The translations under genes were made by a program, and so were the position numbers. A stretch of DNA of 44,355 nucleotides from Atractiella rhizophila (lineage: Eukaryota): assembly GCA_021432655.1 (NCBI GenBank), contig MU271288.1:62001-106355 (forward strand). The letters run 5' to 3'. The notes under the pieces were generated by a model. That model had not been told where the DNA came from. It searched no databases and saw only the letters and a list, made by a program, of their open reading frames with translations. How positions within the stretch are numbered: position 1 is the first letter of the stretch; every line of letters begins with the position of its first letter. Shown one piece after another: positions 35,990 to 44,355 of this stretch.

Positions 35990-36700
35990 GCCATTGAAAG
36001 GGCCCTTTGACATCAAGGAAGGGATCTGTCTTTCACAGTTCTCATGCTTGGTGTATGATGATGCAGTCCATAGTGTCTGCTCATCTAGATCCGCTAGGAA
36101 ATTGTTCCAGTATGAACGCTTTCACAATGCTACTGCATGACGGAATTATTGGAGAGCATTTTGCCACATAGCATAGTCCTCGTCCAACTTCGTCTTCTGA
36201 AACCTATTTCTGCATCTACTAGCTCTAGCACAAGATCTGTGAGGTCTTGATCCCACCACCTCTTTGAAAACTTAGACAATTTCGCCTGGGGGGGTGGACA
36301 CCTCCAGTGTGGAGAGGATGGAGTTAGAGAGAAACTCAGACGTCTGCCTCACTGTTGAGGGGATTGTCCAAGTTGAAGGGGTAATCCTCAAGTTCCTTCG
36401 TGATGTCCTTCCTCATCTGGTCCCAGTTTGCTTTGGCAAGATTGCACCTGTCTGACCTAGGCAGTTCTGGTTTGGATAAGTTAAAAGGGTGAGGATCGGG
36501 AAGTGGTCTGAGCCGTGGTTGAACTCTGGCACATGGGAAGTTAAGCATCGCTCTACTAGGCTTTCTGCCTCTGTGTTGAGGAACACGAGGTCAATCACCG
36601 TTTGAGATTCCCTAGCAGCCCGAGTAACAATGTCGGGTTCAGAGCAAAGCTGCAGTCCTTCATTGGTTAGTCTGGTTAGGAGTTCCTTGAAGTTGATTCA
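35990..36700 (-). mobile_element. LINE (Tad1-like) ORF2 fragment: AP-endonuclease C-terminus and linker
   Basis: TVIDLVFLN...HGSDHFPILT, KANWD, SKRWWD, KRSYWNNFL...LWTASSY...IPSL, ending in LDVKG, a possible deletion junction to the RT motif LD.KGAF. Confidence 0.85.
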
Positions 36701-37860
36701 GAATGTTTTCCAGGACAAAAGTGAGGTGCTGGTGGATCAATGGATTGGCGATTGCCTGTTTTATTTCATAAGCAATGATGTCAACATCAACAAATCAGCA
36801 ATGGAACCAACCTCTGCAATCATTGCCGGCATATCATTCAAGTAGACCAGATTCCCATGATGCCCTCGATATTCCTTTGTTTCAGCTCCTACGCCAACTG
36901 CCCTCATCTTCTCTGCAAATATCCTCATACTCTCCTTTGATGGTAGAGCTGCTTTTGGAGCATTGGCCATTCCCATTTCTGGGATCAGTTTCCAGAGGAC
37001 TGCTCGGAGAGGTTCTGAGATGTCGTTTCGCAAGAAGTTGAGCAGGATGTCACAATACATGTGTTGAATACATCCGGTCACAATGACGTTCATAAATAAT
37101 GGACCTTAGATCTGTTTGTTTGGGTAAGGAAAGTACTCCTCCGAGTCCTCAATGGCTGCATGAGTTGTGGGAGCATTATTTCCTGCTGTAGGATGCTTGA
37201 GCTCTCACCAGAAATACAAATAACAGACATACCAAAAGAGATCGCCATCCACGCAGGCTCTGCCTCGAAATCATCATCTTCGTCACTGCTCTGGCCATCT
37301 AGATTGTCCATTTGGTAGTTAAAAGCTTCATCCCCATCTGATTCCTCCATAATATGGCGTCCATGCTCCTACTCCTCATTTACAACTTGCTCTTGCAGAT
37401 GAAGTCATGTGAATCCCTCCACCAGGCCCTCATTGAAGTTGACACCTAGCGCAGGATCTAGTTCTCCCGCTACCCAATCCCCAGAATTGTCAATGAACTC
37501 CGATACAATCTCTCCAACCTGAGTAACTTGAACAGCTGGCACATTGGAAGAGATATAGTATTCGATTGCTGAGGAATCGGAGTGGTTGTCGATGAAGTGC
37601 TGGGAGCGTGACAAATTGACAGTGTGTAGGTACCGATTGCGGGCTCGAACATGCTTCTTACGCTGCTCATGAAGATGCCAGGCCATCATCACTTTGAACG
37701 CTTGAAAATTAGGACAGAAGCAACATTGGGAGTTGCCATTTGGTAGCCATGTGAAATCCTGCATCTGTATTGGGCCGTATTCAAGAAGTGCTTGATCCAA
37801 AGCATTCAAATAATCTTCTTATATATATCTTGAGAGGAAATAACATTCATTTTCCATGGG
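36700..37860 (-). pseudogene. N-terminal remnant of a probable basidiomycete DNA-transposon protein (CACTA/Plavaka-like), abutting the LINE fragment
   Basis: C2H2-like CCFC...HEQRKKH, an acidic linker, then YRGHHGNLVYLNDMPAMIAE with short introns. Resembles high-copy basidiomycete TE ORFs; the superfamily assignment is from memory only. Confidence 0.4.
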
Positions 37861-38549
37861 ATAGTGGTCTCCTCAACCTTTTTGAGTTGATTACTCAATC
37901 TTGGGACACAAGAAGCGCTGAAATATGAGATATGCAAAACAAATCTGGATTGCATGTAACTGTGGAGATGACGAAAATGAAACAAACTTGGAAACAGGCA
38001 TCATGAATCAGCATCTGAGAAAGCAAACATCTCAAGAACCTGGAATGCTCATCATTTCATGCCACCCATCAAATGAACTGGATTTCATTCCGGTTCTCTG
38101 GATGACAGAATCTGACCAGGACATGTTTCAAGTCTGCCGAAGCAAATCCTGTTGATTGATGCCGTTTTGCAAAATCACAATCTGCAGACTTGAGCAAATC
38201 AGGTTGAAGATGGAGTGATCAGATAACTCCACCAGAAAGCCTATTACACACACACACCTCTGCTCCCTTTCCAACTTCCCATCTCCAGTGTAACAGCTTG
38301 TTTTGTTCAGTTAATGGATACTCAAAAGATCATCAAGACCAAGACTTCAACGTTTCAAGATTGGCAACCAAAGTTGTTGGAACCGGCTGAACCTGACAAG
38401 TTTTCTCTTCCACTGACAACGAAGTTTTCTGCAGTTTCTTCATGGCTCCCAGCATCCTGGCTGGACCTTCCTCATGGCCATAAAAAGGACTAACATGTTC
38501 ATTTCTCCTCTCTCCAAAACTCTATCTAATCAAATTATTAGTGGATTAC

Positions 38550-39710
38550 CATGAGCCATGATGACGGGCCTGATTTTTCACAGGTGTTTGGTATGGAAGC
38601 TGCTTCACATTAATTCTATCTCTTTAGAACCTGAGCTCAAACCTTGGAGGAATAGGAGGTCATTTTGGCTTACATGGATCATTGTCAGACTCAGATATCC
38701 ATGCCGAGGACAGATCACGAGCTCGCAATCATTCTGACTTTGATCTACGGCGTCGACAACCTGTTGTGCAGAGCACTACAGACCTCCCAGTCCAAACACT
38801 CGGAGTGGGCGTGAGCTATCTTTGGAAGAACTCAACAATGCCCTACTAAGGCTTATTGACAACAACCGGTTTCTGCAACAGTCGGACCTTGTAGGATTGA
38901 CAGCTTTTGCCAGGGTTAGTTCTTGTTCCACTATTCACCTGCAACCCTGAAGCATTAACCTTTATCGGCAGTCCTACATTGCAATCCAGCTGACATCGAT
39001 CCATGCCACCCAAGTGGGACTTCAGCGGCAGTTCGCAGACCTGGTTGATAAGTTTGTTGTCTCCTGGGAAACACCGAATATTATAGAGGTAGGTGTACCT
39101 GTTCTCTTGTCAGAACATGGCAGATGTGTGACGGATGGCAGAGTGCTGTCGTGGAAGCCGTTCAACATCTTCTTCGGGATCATAGAGTAGTATCATACAA
39201 GGATGGCTTTAACGACACTGTCGCCGTAAGTGAACCCTCCCACTGCCACGAGCATTTAAATAGTATCTGATTGCTGATAGGACTATATGTTGGAACGGGA
39301 AACCAATGGTATGATGCTGCTAAGTTTACAGTCCATCTGGAAGAATCAAACAATGAAGAAGAAGGTAATGCAGCGAATTGATCATCATGCAGAGCAGAAA
39401 CGGTCTAAGTTGAAGTAACTTGTGAGTTCATCTTTTCATCCTGGTCATGTCGGCAAATGGGTTCATCATTACTTTGTAGCTTGTTACATCTATGGATCCC
39501 AATGCCGCTGGGGGGGTGAAAAACATTGTTCACCTGACTGTCGAAATCGTAAAAGGTCATCCAGATATATCTGCCTCGAAGGAATTGCAAGGCCGATATG
39601 CATTCCTCGTTCATCGCTCTCAGGCCGTCTTTCCTTCCAACTCACCTGATTGGCAGCATGGAGGCTTGTGTGGTAAATGGGGTGCAGCTCTGAAGATTGC
39701 AGGGAATGTG
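38550..39710 (+). pseudogene. Unknown multi-exon fungal gene family member (paralog of 21810-22465)
   Basis: Chain of short exons with GT-AG introns (e.g. GLTAFAR|gt, ETPNIIE|gt, FNDTVA|gt), in-frame stops, and clear protein similarity to 21810-22465 and 22806-22859. Confidence 0.6.
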
Positions 39711-40383
39711 TCCACTGAACAAAAGAATCTTACATTCCTATATATGTGTGATTTCAACAGAATGCTGTGGCCTCTGTCACTTTAACGTGGATAGAATACA
39801 ATCACTGAAGTAGTAGCATTGTTATTACTACAGCTAACACAGGACCAAAATAAGTTGTCCTTACCTCGAAAAGCCATCCGTTCTTGGCATGAGTCATAAA
39901 ACGCACTTTTGAGCGTTCATACCTCCCTCAGCAGGCACATTGCACATTGAAACGAAATGAATTACACCATGTTACTGCATATGTTTGCGCCTTTCTGGAG
40001 CTGCAAGGAAATTTTATTTTGAAGTGGTGAGAAAAAGTGTTTTGCAGCGGACTCGAACCCTTTGCAACTGTGTACTCTGCTTTCCCCGGCTCCACTGGCT
40101 TCCCCACTTGGCCCACTTGGCCGCTAAACACCGTGCGCAGCTGCCCCGCAAAGCAACCGCAGCACACGGCGCCAAAACAAGGCCGCACGCTATTTCTTCA
40201 GCGCATTTTGGGATTTCTCAAGTCGGGTGCCAAAAAGTGTCATTTGCCTACCTTAAGGGGAAGAAAGTAAGCACATGTGAGCTAGAATATACTGCCTTTA
40301 GTGCTTTCTGACAGCACTTTAGAATCATCATGCCCAACCCTAAGCAAAAAAATGGTGCAAACCGACGAGTTCATGCTCAGCAG

Positions 40384-43300
40384 TAGGGAATGTATACGGG
40401 GTCCCCGTGACCCCATGGGGAAATCCGTCGCGGGTAAGAGTACAAAATCCCATCCCTACCCCGCCCCCTACCCGCGAAGGATTCACCCGTACTCCCCTTG
40501 GGTGTACGGGGTTTTCCATGGGTAACCCGTGGATGTTCGTGGGGGAAAGGGTACGGGTTAGACCTGTGGATGTCATGAGCAGAACCAAGGCTTTTAAATA
40601 AATTTCAAGCCAGGCATGTAAATATTTAAATCACAGGCAGTTGTCAATCAATCAATAACAATTTCAGCAACATCAGCCGCCCTCTTCCGCTGTTGCCTCG
40701 CCTCCTTTAGCTCGCTGTCACTGTTCTCAAGGAGGTTCACCAACTCCTTCACATCTGCCAAGAGCCCATCCTCATCCCAAAGCTTCAGCATCAACAATGC
40801 ACGGAATCTGGCATCCGAAAGTCGGTGACGAAGGTGAGTAACAGTGAGACGTCCATCCGAAAAAGCCCTCTCAACGTCGGTCGAAGAACCTTCAGGAAAG
40901 TTGTCAGAGTAATCACGAATGACTTCGGAGGAGAGACTAACACGGAATGGCGGAAATGTCCATGGCAAGCTCCCTGAACTTTTTCTCCTGCTCCGACCCA
41001 GCTGCCTTCCAAGCCTTGTAGTGGTAGCTCAAAGCATCTAGCTCATTTGTTAACCCGTCCTCTCGCAGGACAATGGCTTCTGGTTTCGCTTCCAGAAACT
41101 CTGTGAGGAAGTCCACTTCGACAGGAGCTCCGTTCAATTGCTGAATCATCGGATCGTAGGATGCCATCTTCATCTTCTTTTGTGGATGTTGGTCCTAAAC
41201 ATACTTCAGTCTGGATTTGTTGATAATCAGGACATACTTTATGGCTCATATCAGCCTCTGCTGTATTGGTTACCGTGTAATACTTCTGATAGTACTCTTT
41301 CAGGCCGTTGACTGCTTCGGCAATCCATGCTGTTTCCCAATCCAACAGCTTCAAATAAGCCGTCCTTCGGTTTGGGTGAAGCACTATGAGCAAAATTGAG
41401 CAAGCCAGGCAATGGCACCAATGAAACTAGATGCATACGAAGAGCCCAAGTGCAGATATGTGCCTCATCTGTTACCTTTGAGAAATACTTGTCAAGCAGC
41501 TTGTGGGCACGCTCTGCACCATTCCGAATAGCCATATGCGCGTCGGCGAAATGCCACTCTCCATCCAACTGATAATCTTCATACAACCGGGAAAGGTGAA
41601 TGCCAATGTTGTTAAACATTGGTATCACACGGGCCAGATTTGGGCTGTCGGATTGTGACATCTTGTCGCTCGTCTCCTGAAAGAGCTAGAGTAGAATCCA
41701 TTTCAGCACATTGCTTCATGCTCGTCATAAAGGACAAACGACTCACATCAAACGACGGAACAAGTTCATCCAAGATCGACCACTCCATCCCTGTCAGTCG
41801 GCATTTCTCCAGCTTCAGCCTTGGCTTTCCGCAGACATTTTACAATCGGCTCCCTCAGCTGCAGAGCACGATTGACCATTGCACCTTCACCGTTCCATCG
41901 AGTGGGGCAAGCACGAACAAGGTGAATTGGCGGCTTGAAGTGCTTGAGCAATCCGGCTGGGTCGTCTTTCTGCGCTTGGAGAACTTCGGTTTCCAGGCTT
42001 GTGCGTATTGCATCACTATCCTCAACCCTCTTGGCCAGATTAGTGACCTGATCCAACAGAATGTCAGTCAGAAGTTCAGTTGTAAGTCAGAACAACTGGG
42101 CAAACCTTGGTGAGTGTGAAGCGAGCTTCGCATTCCTGTTTCGCGGAGCATTCTGTTGCCATGACTTGGTTATCAATTGCCATGATGGCAGCTTCATCAG
42201 CCTGTGCTTCGTCCGAAGTGCCTGTAATCGGTAAGCACTGATGAACCAGACTCTATGGGACTCTCACCAATGATGTCTGCTTCATCCCCAAACCCCAACT
42301 CATTGATTTCGCGATCCAGTTCTGCTAATGCAGCTTCATCCAGAGCAACAGATGTCCCAACTCTGTCAACTGAGGACTTCTTGGTTACGGAACGCTTAAA
42401 GCGTGAGATGAATGCCTATGATCACGCTATTAGTTCAATAATGACACAAAAGGGATTAGTAAAACAGCTAACCTTTGCAATGAGGTTTAAGATATGTGGA
42501 AAGCATCTAACACGCATAGGCAATCCTCCCCAGCGCACCATCCGAGGGAACTTGTTGAGGTCAGCAAGGGCTTTCATGAAGGTGTCGTTGTTTGAGGCAT
42601 TGTCAGCGACGGGAAGGATGACCTTGTCGGAACACGTTGAGCAGACAGTGAAAGATAAAGGTCAGAAACATGAAGTCACCTTTTCACAGACATCAAACTC
42701 CTCAAGCACCTTGTAAACCTTCTCCGCAATGGTGATGCCCGTATGTGATTCTGTGATGCTGCCGAGCAGTTATTGGTTGCACATTTTAAGTGAGCAGTGC
42801 TAACCGGATCATAGCAAGGCCCGCCTTCTTCATTCTGCCCTTTTCATGATAATGGAGGTAAACAAGGACGTAGGAGAAGGACTGCGGCGACGTCCAGCCG
42901 TCGAGGCTGATGCTGCACATTCCCTTGATCAGCTGCGCCACTCATTAGTCACATTGGAGTGTTAGAAAAAAGGTACTAACTTGCAGCTTCTGCCTGACCT
43001 TTCCCTTCACGTAGTCGTTGATCACGGAGCAGTCATCCGCAACTTTATGAGGATCCAGGTTGGCAACACGGTCTGCTCCTCCATTTCCCACCTTAAGTAC
43101 ATCTCGATAGTACTTATCTTGCGTGATGTTGAACGGACGAGCTGATGTGGCACACCACAACGCTGTGTAAAACCCGTCGAAGAAGAGCACGGCGCTCCGG
43201 AGTAAGGGTTTGTACCCAAAGCTCCTTTGCGCCGCTGGCCATCAGAACTGCTTTTTTCTCCTTTGCCGACTTGTTTGCATCGTGACGCTATTCTCCAAAC

Positions 43301-44355
43301 AATCAGACATTAGTGGCATAGAAGAAACCAGTGCGGACCTTGAGACATTCATCAATGCTTTTTTGCATCGTTCCCGTTGAAAGATCATCTCGCGCCCGCT
43401 CAAACCGATGCTCTTCAGGGTGCTCCTTGCAGAGAAAGGTATAGAAGACCCGAAAGTCACCAATAGCACCGTTCTTCGTCTTCTTCGCATATGTTCCCCG
43501 ACGAAGGATAGGTCGCTCCTCGAAGTGAGAGTAGGAGCTGGGCTGCGTCGAATTCTTCTTCGTAATGGATTTGCCCCAGCATTGGAGATCAAAATCTAGT
43601 TGTGGGAACGATCAAAAAATGATACAAAAGCATGCCAGGGCTCACCAATGATCTCGTCATCCATCCAGGACTTGAAATTCTCATCATTGCTTTGACTTTT
43701 TCCACTATCAAGCTTTCGAGCATGCTTTCGAGGAGATCGACAAGGCGAGCCACCTTCATCCTCGAACGCGTCGAGGGCAACAGGCTGCAAAGTAGGAGTG
43801 ATGTCTCGCCTTCGAGGCTCTCTCAAATTTTCCAGTGACATCTTAATGCCTAAAGAATCTTTGAAGTGTGGCCAGGCTCCTCTCAGTTATATGCCAGCTT
43901 CAGATGAGCTTTCATGCTCGTCCGTAACTCTTTGCAAGCCACTCATTGGAGTTACTGACATTCCAGTGAGACTACTAGCACTCTTGCAATTGCTTTTCGC
44001 ATAGATTTCGCAAAGCTCTTTGGCCTTCAAGGAACTTTGTTCCAGACACGTAGTTTGAACAGGTCCTGACGCGCTCACCGTATTTGCGCCGTGAAGAATA
44101 TTTAGAAGATATTGGTTCACATTGCATGGCCAGCTATTGCAAGCTCGCGCCACCTCTTCAATCCATCCCTGTACATTTCGTTTCTTTTCCTAGTTCCCAG
44201 TTCCGAAACCGTTGGAGGTGGTCAGAACAGCCTTTGGGTGCACGGGTAAACAAGGGGAAACCCACGGGTTCCTGACCTTTGAGGAGCTTCCCCTACCCCA
44301 CCCCGTGCCCATGAAGGGTGAACCCTTGCCACCCAAGGGTGACCCCCTACGGGTA
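40384..44355 (-). mobile_element. hAT transposon, apparently near full length; 5' TIR probably just beyond the window
   Basis: TAGGG-type terminus at ~40384 (exact base uncertain, 40381-40384). TACCC/GGGTA/CCCGT subterminal repeats at 40395-40560 and again at 44235-44355 flank a transposase. Confidence 0.88.
40648..43841 (-). CDS. hAT transposase (multi-exon; one apparent 1-bp frameshift at ~43170)
   Basis: WCATSARPF, SLDGWTSP (D1), SHTG, ADNASNNDT (D2), RCFPHILNL (CxxH), PTRWN, VLHP, LAMDISAIPC | SSTDVERAFS (E), RHRLS; many ~50-nt GT-AG introns. Confidence 0.93.

Noticed and set aside
41619..42716. Plus-strand ORFs of 164 and 153 aa (and similar ORFs opposite the Gypsy and pogo genes)
   Set aside because: They are antisense shadows of transposase or pol exons with no independent motifs.
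1..44355. CRISPR array or prokaryotic defence/operon-type system
   Set aside because: No regularly spaced repeat-spacer array. The short repeats are hAT subterminal motifs, and the genes have spliceosomal introns.

Overview
Eukaryotic, almost certainly basidiomycete fungal DNA: short ~50-nt GT-AG introns and fungal-type TE proteins. A Pucciniomycotina-like lineage is my inference. The window is a dense, nested transposon cluster. It holds a truncated Ty3/Gypsy retrotransposon, a pogo/CENP-B transposase pseudogene plus a deleted copy, several hAT elements (one near-intact at the right edge, two MITEs with 8-bp TSDs, and a family with an unexplained long N-terminal domain in three diverged copies), two different Helitron/PIF1 remnants and a LINE fragment. 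It also holds three copies of a very short (~164 bp) solo LTR, each with a perfect 5-bp TSD, a young 1.47-kb segmental duplication and a 119-bp perfect inverted-repeat structure. Host-like genes are fragmentary or frameshifted (F-box/LRR-like, DUF1349-like, SIRT4-like, BTB-like, and one unknown family present twice). I found no rRNA or tRNA genes and no CRISPR array. All protein calls rest on motifs recognised by eye, not on database searches. I do not see a convincing new multi-gene system; the best novelty candidates are the N-terminally extended hAT family and the rearrangement structures.
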